Source: Eledone cirrhosa
Lineage: Eukaryota
Direction: 5' to 3'
NCBI GenBank assembly: GCA_964016885.1
Contig: OZ024742.1
Span: 334,614,001 to 334,678,000, forward strand
Length of the DNA: 64,000 nucleotides
A program made the translations under genes and the position numbers. This document shows, piece after piece, positions 26,717 through 38,429 of the stretch (position 1 is its first letter; every line of letters begins with the position of its first letter). The notes under the pieces were generated by a model. The model was not told the DNA's origin and made no database searches. It worked only from the letters and a program-made list of their open reading frames with translations.

Positions 26717-29128
26717 ATGCTTCAAGCAAACTTCAATACTCTCTTATCCTTACACCTGAGCCAGGAATTGTTTGCATCCGTAAGGGAATTGTTTAGACTG
26801 TCGGAGAAATGGGCCAACGCTGGCTGCCAAATTATTTTCCTGAAACGCTGCCTAAAAAACGATGTCATCCCCACACCATCAAGAACATCCGCTTACCAGT
26901 AAGCCTACGTACACCAGCCTTCCAAAACACCACTAACCGCATACATCGCACGTGTATTAATCAGATCCTGAGACATCTCAACCGCCAATTACACGTCCAT
27001 AAGCGGACACTCTCAGAGCGGACACATCGACTGCCAATAGCACCCGGAGACTTGCTCCTGAAAATCACTAAAGCAATCGACCAGTGCTACCACTCCAGAG
27101 TCCAATAGCAGTAAAAACGGCTCAAACGAAAATATGAGTGGATCTTGTCGAAACGCCACAACGAGAAGATCGACACTAACGAACAGACGGACCAGAACCA
27201 CGTGGAAAACAACAACTTAACAACCGCCACCTCCGCAACCACCAACACCGAGTCATACCTCAACGATGCGACGCACCTGGTCACCGACCTAACCTGCACT
27301 CTCACGAGCGACGAGCTGAAACTCCTACACCTCGGACCTAAGTTCATCGTCACACAACGTCTCGACGACAGACTCAAACTCAACATCGGGGCCAACTTTT
27401 GTCGAGCAGCTTACCAACTTAAATGGGTGACCGCCATCAACAGCGCCACAGAAAATAACAGCGCCGACGCAACCCACCCCAAGTTCCCCACTTACCACCC
27501 CGAAAACCCACTCCACCCCCACCCACCAACCACGAACTCGACACTAAACTCATCAGGCTAAAACATTCCATCTCGGATATACTTCACAAACACACACACA
27601 CGCACAACACATAACCTCACCAAATCTCAACTCACCACTCTCTCCAACCTAAAATCGAAGAACCTCATCTATCTCCCCTCCGACAAGGGAAAAGAATTCT
27701 GCGTCATCAGCAGAGAGGCCTACAATACCCTGGCCCTCCAACACCTTGACGATGATAACCTCTACTCCAAGGTCACGGGAATCACTCCCGCGCAGATAGA
27801 ACACATCAACTCCGCCTGGACCAACATCTGCGACCGGCGGAAGCTCCCGAAGAAGCTGAGATACAACCTCCTCACGAGGAACAGCAGACTACCCGCCTTC
27901 TACCACCTCGTGAAAACACACAAACAGGGACCCGACCTGAAGATCAGGCCCATCGTATATATACTAATGGAACGGCCGTCAATATACTAATGGAACGCGT
28001 CCAATCCACCGACCTACACTGCTTCGGGCTCACCACCACTGACATCCACCAACTCCTATCCATCGTCGTCGACAACACCTACTTCGGATTCCTTGACCAA
28101 ATATACCAACAAACCTCGGGATTGCCCATGGGATCAAGCCTATCAGGTGTGCTAACGATCTCTTACATGGACAACCTCGAACGCAAGGCACTCAACGCCT
28201 TCCACCCAACGCCGTAGCCTTTTTCTCAAGGTACGTGGACGATATCCTCATCCTCACATCTTCCCAAGACACGGCGAACAGAATCTATGAGACGTTCAAC
28301 AACACGGACGAGAACATTGACTTCAGTGTTGAACACCCCCAACGAAGACGGGTCACTTGCCCTCCTCGACTTCCGAATCAACATCACGGAACAGGGAAGG
28401 ATCCACTGCAACTTCTACCGAAAGGCAGCCTGCAGGGACCTATTCGTTCACTACAAGTCCGCCCTCCCTAACAGTGCCAAAAGAGGATACATCACGAACG
28501 AGATCGCGCGAATCAAAAACAGATGCAGCGATCCCGCGAGTGGTGTCACTCATACCAAGCGATTCCTCGAGGTGCTGGAGACGAACGGGTACCCTACCTC
28601 GATCACAGACAGAATAAGAGACAGAGAAGCACCCAAGGCAAGTGCTTCCTTAAAATGCCACACCTGGGCGAGAAAACCACCAACGCTATCCGCAAGGCTA
28701 TACGGAGGGAGGGCCTCGACATCCACCAGGCCCACTCGGGCCCCTCCCTACGAAGATGCCTCTCCAGGAAACCCGAAAAATCTACTGACGCATGCTCCCT
28801 CAGAGACTGCCCGATACGCCCTGCGAACTGTTGCCTACGCACATACGTCGTGTATAAGATAGAATGTGACAGGTGCAACCAATACTACATAGGTAGCACA
28901 ATTCGACCTTTGCACATCCGGATCAAGGAACACATTAAAACCAGGGGCTCGTCTTTCCGGAAACACATAGACAAATGCGGAAACAAAGACGGAAGGCCCA
29001 TTGTCACAATTCTAGCGACTGAAAGAAACGTCGGCACGTTACGTATCAAGGAAGCGCTTTTTATCAAACGACTGCAACGTCAAATAAACAACCGATCAGA
29101 GAGAAGCGAAAAGAGATGGCTGGTTTAA
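26717..29128 (+). pseudogene. Disrupted PLE reverse transcriptase / GIY-YIG polyprotein
   Basis: Motifs FLKRCLKNDVIP, PSDKG, FYHLVKTHK..KIRPIV, QTSGLPMGSSLS, RYVDD, LLDFRI, FYRK and VVYKIECDRCNQYYIGST..RIKEH. It has frameshifts, stops and an apparent deletion near 27960. Confidence 0.92.
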
Positions 29129-29517
29129 GTTAACAAGCGATGCAACAACACACAACACACGCGCAAACGAGACAACTACACACACACACACACACAGTAG
29201 CATTCCACCATACGAACATACTACACTGCCAATACAGAGGAACAAGGCAACAACACACGCACACACACACACACACTCAAGCGAGACAACAACACACGCA
29301 CACACACACACAGTAACATTTAACAAACAGGCAGAGAATGGACTGATAGCTAGCGCCTTCCCACTCCCTCATTCGGCCGCTGACCTCTGTACGACCGACC
29401 CCATTTTACGCGTACGCGCGCTCTGCCGAATACCTCAGATATTCAAAACAACAAACAGCGAAGGACGCATTCCGGACTTGTCCGACAGACAACCTTTTCC
29501 ACCACCCCAGAAAAAAA

Positions 29518-29553
29518 CCCCAGTTGATTGATGTGAATCCGAAATATATAGGG
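29518..29553 (+). ncRNA. Hammerhead-like motif with a non-canonical CAGTTGA core (also at 5550-5583 and 13440-13475)
   Basis: CCC-CAGTTGA-t-(T/G)GAT gtga ATCC-GAAA-TATA-TA-GGG, located where a pLTR hammerhead is expected. Confidence 0.6.
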
Positions 29554-29804
29554 ACTATTAAATCTCTCCCAAGGTAACTCTCTCTTGTGTTGCTATTTTT
29601 CTTTTATCCTTTATACTCTTCCCTTCATTCTACACATCTCACACATCTTCTACACACCACGCATCTCAACGTACACCCACTTACATCTCTCTCTCCACCA
29701 CCGGACCTTGTTACCCGGAGATTTACCCATTTGCATTGTCGCGGCTTCCAAACGACTTAAAGATATTTACTTATATATATATATGCATGTATGTACGCAC
29801 AAGT

Positions 29805-29843
<39 letters not shown>

Positions 29844-29847
<4 letters not shown>

Positions 29848-30366
29848 AAAGAATAGAGGTGTAACACACAAGTTATTATATATTGGTAAACGGAATAAAA
29901 AATGCTGACAAATTGTTCACAGTTGAAAAATGGTTTAATTAGGAATAAAAGAGTATTAGTAATTGTATGGGTTAGTATTCAGTTGTGGTTTTAAGTTTTT
30001 ATGTTTTTACCGGTTGCGCATTTCTAAATGCTTTTCAAAAAATAATTTTGAGATAGAGTGTCCGTGTTGTTTGCTCTGATCCGAGCAAACAACACGGACA
30101 CTCTATCTCAAAATTATTTTTTGAAAAGCATTTAGAAATGCGCAACCGGTAAAAACTTAAACTCTGATCCGAGCAAACAACACACACTATATCTCAAAAT
30201 TATTTTTTGAAAAGCATTTAGAAATGCGCAACCGGTAAAAACTTAAAAACTTAAAACCACAACTGAATACTAACCCATACAATTACTAATACTCTTTTAT
30301 TCCTAATTAAACCATTTTTCAACTGTGAACAATTTGTCAGCATTTTCTATTCCGTTTACCAATATA
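29844..30366. mobile_element. Fold-back pLTR-like remnant with an internal 86-bp tandem duplication and three hammerhead-like motifs
   Basis: Inverted arms centred near 30078. TTTT-TTGAAAA-GCAT ttagaa ATGC-GCAA-CCGG-TA-AAAA at 30004-30042 (-), 30117-30155 (+) and 30203-30241 (+). Confidence 0.75.
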
Positions 30367-30702
30367 TATATATATATAATTTATATATATATACACAGAG
30401 CATACATATATATAAAATATATACATACAAAAATGTAAAAAATATATATATACATAAGATAGATACATACACAAAATATATACACACATAAAACATACAT
30501 ACATATATATAAAATACACATACATATACATATATATATAAAATATATACATACATATACATACATATATATAAAATACACATATATGCACACATAAAAT
30601 ATACATATATATACACATGATGAACAAACAGAAGCACAATTTAGTATAGCTAGATCTGAACTTAGAAATATTATAGAACAGTATAGCAAGAAGCATAATA
30701 GA

Positions 30703-32898
30703 ATGGAGGCCCAGCAACTGGGAGAAAAATCTGCAAATGGCTTGCGTAAGCTCATGCAGCGCTCGTGTAATGGAGAGATAGCGTGCTTTCCAACAGACAA
30801 GTCTGGCAGAATGTCGGTTGACAGTCTGCCAAACTACATCCAGGCAATGCAACCCCACATCACTAACACAAGAGAAGTAACACCACAAGAGCATGAGGAT
30901 AGAGAAAAAGCCCTCAATGCGCATATGGTGATGTGGACGAATATAATGCAGCCCAACAAAAAGACTGCCAACAACTTCCAGGCCTGGAACAATGACGTGC
31001 CGGCGTTGTATGGGCTTCGAAAAGACCATAAAACGGGGAGTGACCCTGTCACGGGACCACCAACACGGCCAGTCTGTGGAGCTAACATTGCTAGTAACTA
31101 CAGACTGTCCTACTTCCTCTCCCTGATCATACGCCCCATCATTGAAATGTCCCCAGATGTATGTGACAGCATGGATGACCTCCTCAGCAGAATCGGCGAG
31201 AGTAACCGATCTGGGGACCTAACAAACTGCATAATAGGTAGTATGGATGTTGTGTCCCTGTATCCATCTATTGACGTGGATTTTGCTGTGGAGAAATGCC
31301 TAGAAATGATCACTGAGAGCAATGTTAAGTTCCGTGGGATTGATACCAGTGAGCTGGGACTCCTACTTAAACTTACCTATAGTAATAATTACCTAGACAC
31401 ATATGACCTTAGCAACCTGTGCCCTACAAGACCAGCAAGAGGCAGACCACCTACCATTACCTCAATGGCCAAGAAAACCCACACAGATAGATCAAACGGG
31501 TGGACCAGAGCCATACGGACACCCGAAAACCACGATGAACTAAAGAAAATGATTGCACATGCGGTGGGGGCCAGCATAAAATTAACCCTTAAGGAACATA
31601 TGTTCAAATTTAATGAAAAAACATATGCCCAAGAGGAAGGAGCAGCCATTGGTGTTAGCATTGCAGGCGACATAGCTAACTTATTCATGGTATGTTGGGA
31701 CAGTAGACTTAAACTTAAACTTAAAGAACAATTAGAAGACCCCTTAACCCTGATAATGTACTCCCGCTACGTTGATGATATAAACATCGTAGTTAAAACA
31801 CCCCCACTAGAGAACAGTCAAGAATTAGAGAAAAACACAATGGAAAGCATCCAGCAAATAGCTAACTCCATCCACCAGAGTATTAGAGTTACTATAGACT
31901 ACCCAAGTAAACACCCCAACCATCGATTACCTGTACTAGACACAGAGCTCTGGTTAGATCCCATTAATAACAAAAAACAAATTCTCCATTCCCATTATGC
32001 CAAACCCATGACTTCCAAATATCTGATCCACCGAAACTCAGCTGTTTCGGACCATACCAAAATCAACATACTGGTTGTGGATTTGGTACGGGTGATGAGA
32101 AACGTGTCCCGCATGTGCAACCCCGAAGAACTAGAGAGACACATACAACACTTCATCCACCGTATGCAGATCTCTGGTTACAATCAGAGAGATAAAATCA
32201 GAGTGTATAGAGGAGCCAGAACCAAATGGGAAAAAATGGTAAATAATGACACAAATGGGACCTGCCCCTTGTATAGGAGCAAATTTTGGCATAGAATAGA
32301 AAGAACTAGGAATAAGGCTAATAGAATAAACTCATGGTATGATAGCAATAAATACCAGAGTGTAATGTTCATCGATACAACCCCTAGAGGTGAATTAGCT
32401 TACAAATTTAGAAGGGCCCTAGATAAACATAAACTCAATATTAAGATAGTAGAAAAATCAGGTACCTCCGTAAAAACACTTATTAGCAAGACATACCCTG
32501 TTCAAAGACCCCCCTGTATAGATAAGAAATGTATAACCTGTGAATTAAGCCCCGATATTAACTGTAAAACTAGAAATGTAGTATATAGCATAAGATGTAC
32601 TGAAGGACAATGTAGAGACAAAAATATAGTGTACATAAGTGAGACAGCTCGTAGTGTAGGGGAACGGATAAATGAACACTGGCGAGACCTTCAAGATAGT
32701 AAAGAATCATCTGTACTCTACCAACATGCTAAAATAGAACATAAGGGTAAATTAGAGAACATAGAAATAAAAATAGAATCTACACACAGAAAAGACGCAA
32801 TGTTTAGACAAATCACAGAGGCAATAAACATAAAAGAATTACAACCAAAATTAAATAGAAAACATGAGTGGAACAGCAACATCACAACTTACAATTAA
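30703..32898 (+). CDS. PLE reverse transcriptase-GIY-YIG endonuclease protein (N-terminally incomplete)
   Basis: Motifs PTDKSG, LYGLRKDHK, TRPVC, GSMDVVSLYPSI, GAAIG, SRYVDDI, LPVLD, CxxxxCxxC, VVYSIRC..VYISETAR..RINEH and EA..I...QPKLN. Confidence 0.88.
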   Translation: MEAQQLGEKSANGLRKLMQRSCNGEIACFPTDKSGRMSVDSLPNYIQAMQPHITNTREVTPQEHEDREKALNAHMVMWTNIMQPNKKTANNFQAWNNDVPALYGLRKDHKTGSDPVTGPPTRPVCGANIASNYRLSYFLSLIIRPIIEMSPDVCDSMDDLLSRIGESNRSGDLTNCIIGSMDVVSLYPSIDVDFAVEKCLEMITESNVKFRGIDTSELGLLLKLTYSNNYLDTYDLSNLCPTRPARGRPPTITSMAKKTHTDRSNGWTRAIRTPENHDELKKMIAHAVGASIKLTLKEHMFKFNEKTYAQEEGAAIGVSIAGDIANLFMVCWDSRLKLKLKEQLEDPLTLIMYSRYVDDINIVVKTPPLENSQELEKNTMESIQQIANSIHQSIRVTIDYPSKHPNHRLPVLDTELWLDPINNKKQILHSHYAKPMTSKYLIHRNSAVSDHTKINILVVDLVRVMRNVSRMCNPEELERHIQHFIHRMQISGYNQRDKIRVYRGARTKWEKMVNNDTNGTCPLYRSKFWHRIERTRNKANRINSWYDSNKYQSVMFIDTTPRGELAYKFRRALDKHKLNIKIVEKSGTSVKTLISKTYPVQRPPCIDKKCITCELSPDINCKTRNVVYSIRCTEGQCRDKNIVYISETARSVGERINEHWRDLQDSKESSVLYQHAKIEHKGKLENIEIKIESTHRKDAMFRQITEAINIKELQPKLNRKHEWNSNITTYN

Positions 32899-33085
32899 GG
32901 ACAAAATGAAAACACACACGCACATAGAACAAACAACCAACCTGTAACATGTAAATAAACGAATATAAACACACACAGACACCCGGATGTGGGGCATGCG
33001 CAGACTGAGCACACAACACACACAGAAACAAAATGGCGTAGGACAGAACAAAGGAGAGGCACAAAAACAAAGAAAAAAATCCCCA

Positions 33086-33128
33086 GTCACTGAAGAGGTC
33101 ACAGAATGTGTGACGAAAGAACTTTGAC
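33086..33128 (+). ncRNA. Minimal hammerhead ribozyme
   Basis: GTCA-CTGAAGA-g-GTCAC agaatgt GTGAC-GAAA-GAAC-TT-TGAC. It differs from the 19991 copy only at the free core position N7. Confidence 0.9.
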
Positions 33129-33301
33129 AATATATAAACAACCATCTGGTTGTGGAACCAACCAACCAACCGGAAATTTATAAATTTATTATAATAAATT
33201 GGAGTGAAAGCAGGTGCCATAGGGGCCACAAACTATGGGTGGTTGTTGTTGTCCATTGGTCATTGGTACGGGGTGTAGGGGACCTACAGGGGGGGGGGGT
33301 C

Positions 33302-33745
33302 TTATCTATATAGCTTGAGGAAAGTTCCCGTCCTTAGGTGTCTGCAGGCACCGAATAAGTCGGCCCTTCTGTTCAATAGCTTGGTTCCGCCATGAAGAAT
33401 CTCGAGTGTCTCACTAAGACAGAGGTTGCAAATACCAGGCCCGCCTCTCTCTGGGGGAACCTTTCTAACCACGGACCAGGCCAGAGAGTGCGGGGTCTTT
33501 TCAAGTTTGAGCTTCCAGATCAATTCAGAAAGGGCCGTACATTTCCTCTTATCTATTTTGTTAAAGGAATGGCGATGGTTATACCACCGATCTTTGAAGC
33601 TCGTCGCTGTGGATCCTATGTAGTGGTGCTCTAAGTTAGGGGTTGTGAACTTGCACCTGTAGACCAGGTTTTTCGTCATGCATTCATTACTAAGGGGGCA
33701 TAGTGATGGGTCTCTACAATTACATGACTTCTTAAGCCCCACCAC
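33302..33745 (-). pseudogene. GIY-YIG endonuclease fragment of a different PLE lineage, tail-to-tail with the preceding PLE
   Basis: CNCR..CPL..C..KNLVYRC....YIGST..FKDRWYNHRHSF..TALS..IWKLK..CNLCLSE..LNRR....CRH. Confidence 0.85.
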
Positions 33746-33936
33746 ATATACCGCGTGGTTACCATCACTCGGGGTTGGCTGGGTAAGCCTCCGTAATCAG
33801 CACAGGGTCGTTGGGTTCCGGTGTGCTAGTTGGGCCTGTCCGGGTTCCGTTGCGCCCCGCGTGGTGGTTCTGTTGGGTGGCTCCGGCGTTTACGGTGGTA
33901 TTAGAGGCAGTGAGCCTATTCCTATTTATGCCATTC

Positions 33937-33996
<60 letters not shown>

Positions 33997-34000
<4 letters not shown>

Positions 34001-34403
34001 AGAAGCAAAGATTGCTTATTGTGATCCAGTTCTTGGTTGAGAAAGCCAGTTTCGTGGATGGTTTCAACGTACGGTTAGGGGTAACTCCACAAGTTTGTAA
34101 GAATTCTGTTCAATCTTGGAGTATAAAGTATAAAAGGGAAAACACAGGTAAGCATTAAGAGAAGGATTTTATCGAGGTATTTACGACCGTTTCATTGGTA
34201 AGTGCAACCTTATATTGCTATACTGCAAATAGTAGCCACTCAAATATAATTGTTGTTCACAGTCCCTGTGAACAACAATTATATTTGAGTGGCTACTATT
34301 TGCAGTATAGCAATATAAGGTTGCACTTACCGATGAAACGGTCGTAAATACCTCGATAAAATCCTTCTCTTAATGCTTACCTGTGTTTTCTCTTTTATAC
34401 TAT
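33997..34403 (-). mobile_element. Fold-back pLTR-like remnant with about 140-bp inverted arms
   Basis: 34122-34262 pairs with 34266-34403. Each arm has the hammerhead 3' half GAAA-CGGTCG-TA-AATAC. Both flanks are (TA)n. Confidence 0.75.
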
Positions 34404-34428
34404 ATATATATATGTATATATATCTATA

Positions 34429-34507
<79 letters not shown>

Positions 34508-34524
34508 TATATCTATATATGTAT

Positions 34525-34561
<37 letters not shown>

Positions 34562-34562
<1 letters not shown>

Positions 34563-34745
34563 ACGAAGGAAATGTGGTAAGGAACCAGGTGGACCATAAC
34601 ACACCAAAGTACTCAATACTTGACGTAGTAGAGTGGGTAATAGGAACCAGTAAGACCCCGACAGCTGAGCTCAAGCCGTTTCGACGGCTAATTCTGAATT
34701 AGCCGTCGAAACGGCTTGAGCTCAGCTGTCGGGGTCTTACTGGTT

Positions 34746-34750
<5 letters not shown>
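34562..34750 (-). mobile_element. Fold-back remnant, family F1
   Basis: Homologous to 5143-5268, with arms of about 55 bp centred near 34695. Both flanks are (TA)n. Confidence 0.78.
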
Positions 34751-34784
<34 letters not shown>

Positions 34785-34789
34785 TTATA

Positions 34790-35669
34790 TAAACTAGAAA
34801 TTGATTGACATATATATATATATCTAAAATAAACATATGAAACAATCAGAGGGAATAATTTGTAAAGGTGTGTAAGCACACACAGCTAGGCAGGTAAATA
34901 ATTCAAGTTTAACTAGAACTTCAAAAATAGATACCTTATGAATTGATAAATCTTCCTTGTATATATTTCATTAAAGAAATATATTTCACCATTAATCGAT
35001 CGGTAAACCACAGTAGCCAAACCGAGGATTTTCAACAAGGGAGAAGATCTAACTATCTGTGTTTACACAGTTAAACTTTAATTATTTACCTACCTAGCTA
35101 TGTGTGCTTATACACTTTTACAAATTATTCCCTGTGATTGTTTCATATGTTTATTTTAGATATATATATATATGTCAATCAATGTTTAGTTAATATAAAA
35201 TGCTCGGATCTATTCAATGGATTCTTGGAGCATATTCTACATGACACCCTTAATTTAATTTTGGATATATACACGGCCCCTTAATTGTAGTGTTAACTCA
35301 GTTGAAAGGACTCGGCTGCTATTTCTAGTTGTCGATGACCCTATTCACGCCAATGAAATGAAGCTCGTACGATGTGTGTATTTTTAAAAAATACGACACG
35401 TGCTGCTAGTCATTCGCAGGTTTGAATTTGCTGTGTAAACACCAATAGTTAGATCTTCTCCCTTCTGGAAAATCCTGGATTTGGCAACTGTGGTTTACCG
35501 ATCGATTAATGATGAAATATATTTCTTTAATTAAATATATACAAGGAAGATTAATCAATTTATAAGGTATCTATTTTTGAAGTTCTAGTTAAACTTGAAT
35601 TATTTACCTGCCTAGCTATGTGCGCTTACACACTTTTACGAGTTATTCCCTTTGATTGTTTCATATGTT

Positions 35670-35737
<68 letters not shown>

Positions 35738-35860
35738 GTCAATCAATTTTTAGTTAATATAAAATGCTCGGATCTATTCATTTGAATCTTGGATCATATT
35801 CTACTGTAGATATGGCGCATGTCTCTCCGACATGACACCCTTAATTTAATTTTGGATATA
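34790..35860. repeat. Complex inverted plus direct duplication
   Basis: 34790-35070 is the reverse complement of about 35431-35760. 35071-35270 is a direct copy of about 35589-35860. Confidence 0.8.
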
Positions 35861-36217
35861 TATATATACTTATATATACTTAAATACAAGCACACACACA
35901 CACACACATACACACACAGAGACACCCCCCCCACCCCCCACACACAGATATATATATATATAAAATGTGTCAGGGCGCATACCAATGCAATGGGTTTACC
36001 GTGGATAGTTTCCGTCGGTCGTATTCGTAATTATAGCCATGTATTTAAGGTATTGCATGCATATATATCTGTATGAAGGTATGTATATATTTGTTTATAT
36101 GTGTGTGAATGTAAGCAAATATGTAACTATACATTTACGAAATTATATATACCTAATTACTGGGGTTGATGTGATCGACTTTCTTCTCTACGTAATTTAG
36201 AATCCATTATTGCATAA

Positions 36218-36408
36218 TGGTGTATTGGCAGTATCGGTAGTGGGTCTGACGCCATGCTTTGCAGCAAAGAATTACGGCCCTTTATGGTCTAAGTTCAAAT
36301 CCCGCCGAGGTTAATTCTGCTTTCATCCTTACGGGGTCGATAAAATAAAGTACCAGTAATACACTGGGATAATTGCTGGCCTTGTGACAAAAGTAGAAAC
36401 AATTATTA
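36218..36408 (+). mobile_element. tRNA-derived SINE (family of 18143)
   Basis: TGGCAGTATCGG, AAGTTCAAATCCCGCCGAGG and the same core. Confidence 0.85.
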
Positions 36409-37282
36409 CATAATATATGCATAATATATAATGTAGATTTAGACTTCCAAGGGGCCTTAACTTATAGTGGTTTCATAGCATTTTGATTAATGTTCTAAGG
36501 ACCATGCGAATTTGACAACTTAGATTTAGACATAGACTTGAATAATTTATTTTTTGTTTTCTGTCCTGCAGGTAATCAATGCAAATTGACAATGGAAAGG
36601 CGCTCCCGCTTGAGTTAGAAGAGAACTATTGACCTTCAGGAGAAGCAGCGCCCCATGATTGTATTCAGCAACCGAAATAAATATGAAGTACACCAAATCC
36701 ACTGTTCCTAGGGGCGGCCCTGGTTCTTCTTATTTGCGAGTGTAAACTCAGCCAGATTAGATTAGATTGAATAATTCTTCCCCGCTACTTTTCTTATAAA
36801 TATTTACCTGCTCTCTAATAAATCAAGGTTAAAATTAAGTTAAATTTCAACACAAAGAATGTTGTCTCTTAGGGCTGAAAGTTAAAATCTTCTCCAATAA
36901 GATTTGAACCAGTATGTAGCTGTTTTTATTGGTTTTGTCCAATTATTTGAAGGAGAAAGCTGGAAGAACTGGTTTAAAACCCGTGAAGTTTGAGCTTGTA
37001 GTTTCTAGCAACGAACCCTTGTAACCATTCCTGTAATATGAATCTGGCACTGATATATTCTAATGAGGTTGGCACTTTGCCTACTACTATAGAACTGTCA
37101 ACTTGATATTTTTGCCAAATCGAAAAACACCAAAAATTGTAAAATTGATATATTGTTTTTAGTAACACCCTAGAAGGTCGGATTTACTGCGAAGGAGTGT
37201 TTATAAGCAATGTCGTTGAGTTCAAAATAAGTTAACCATGGAAATAACTTCTTAAAGGACTCCTTATCTCTTATAACTGTGA

Positions 37283-37380
37283 AGGCGCAAGGCTTAGTGG
37301 GTAGGGTTTACAGGCGTAGGTTCGTGGGTTCGACTCCCAAGGCGCATTGTGACTTTGATCAAGACACGTTATATCACATT
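37283..37380 (+). mobile_element. Degenerate tRNA-derived SINE head
   Basis: GGCTTAGTGG (A-box-like) and GGTTCGACTCCC (B box). No cloverleaf is evident. Confidence 0.5.
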
Positions 37381-37399
37381 TCGCCAGTTGATATAATTG

Positions 37400-38010
37400 A
37401 TGTTCTCATGCTCTCATGAATATACACGATAACATTCAACATATTGTCAGGTATGCCAAGCTTTTGGGGAATTTTCCAGAGAGCCTTGCGATTGAGAGTG
37501 CCAAAAGCTTTGGTTAAGTTGACAAAGATCATAAACAGTTCCTGGTTCTTTTAACGAGCCTTCTCTACAACTGGCGAAGGGAAAAAATCATGCGGTAACC
37601 GATATGTGCGGCAACCACATACATTTTCAGGGTATATATCGTAGATATAATCAACAAGTCTGGATGTAATTCTGTTGAACAATACGTAAAAGTAAAATGC
37701 TGCGGGAGTTATCGCAGATAGGTTGTTTACCTTTGCTCTTGAAGCGATGGATTATAAATAAAACTCTGAAGTCTTGAGGGAGATGTTCCACTTTCCAGAT
37801 TTCCAGAAATAGCTGAAGAAGTTTACGAGCTAGTTTTTACCGCCATATTTGAAAATTGCAGATGAAATGACATCTTTACCAGGAGCTTAATTGGACGACA
37901 TCTGCTTGATAGCGGCTTGTACATCATTCAGGCTTGGATTGGATGCTAATTCGGGCATCTCTGACATTGATATTTCAACTTCATTTACGTTTGACTCGTC
38001 ATTTAGGACC
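37400..38010 (-). pseudogene. Degraded RTE-clade LINE reverse transcriptase fragment
   Basis: Minus-strand peptides SLNDVQAAIKQMSSN*APGKD and ELFMIFVNLTKAFGTLNRKALWKI..KLGIP. Confidence 0.8.
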
Positions 38011-38429
38011 TTTCTAAAGGGTTCCTTCCGATGAGTGAGTATCAAAAAGTACTGTGCATTCAAATGACAATATTGAAAAAACACTCATAATTCTTTATTT
38101 TTGCATATCTAAAAAGTATATACACAAGCTTAAGCTTTTCCTTTTGTGATTGCCGTTTGAATGCACATTACTTTGAATCCTGTATTATTCTCGATAATTT
38201 TTCTTAAGATTTTAATCAATTTATTGCTATATTTATTATATTTCCTGAAGAGATACGGCTTTGAATAAGCACCTATAATAGAGTAACTTAACTGATAGTA
38301 CCGGTTTTTTTATCCACAATTGATGAAATATTCTAGCAGCGTTGAAACGACTGTAGATGTAAAAAAAAAAATAAAAATTAAAAAAAAATAAATAAATAAA
38401 AAAATAATAATAATAATAATAATAATAAT

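Larger units (their letters stand above)
26548..29773 (+). mobile_element. Near full-length Penelope-like retroelement with direct pLTRs
   Basis: 26548-26706 repeats at 29606-29773, with TA repeats on both sides. It contains a disrupted RT-GIY-YIG ORF. Confidence 0.93.
30617..33215 (+). mobile_element. 5'-truncated Penelope-like retroelement with an uninterrupted RT plus GIY-YIG frame and a 3' pLTR
   Basis: ORF 30703-32898 followed by a UTR with a hammerhead. A second family copy lies at 19.5-20.2 kb. Confidence 0.92.

Noticed and set aside
36550-36720. Strong splice acceptor (TTTTTGTTTTCTGTCCTGCAG|G) and a possible terminal exon
   Set aside because: All frames stop within 16 codons and no gene could be assigned; RNA-seq would be needed.
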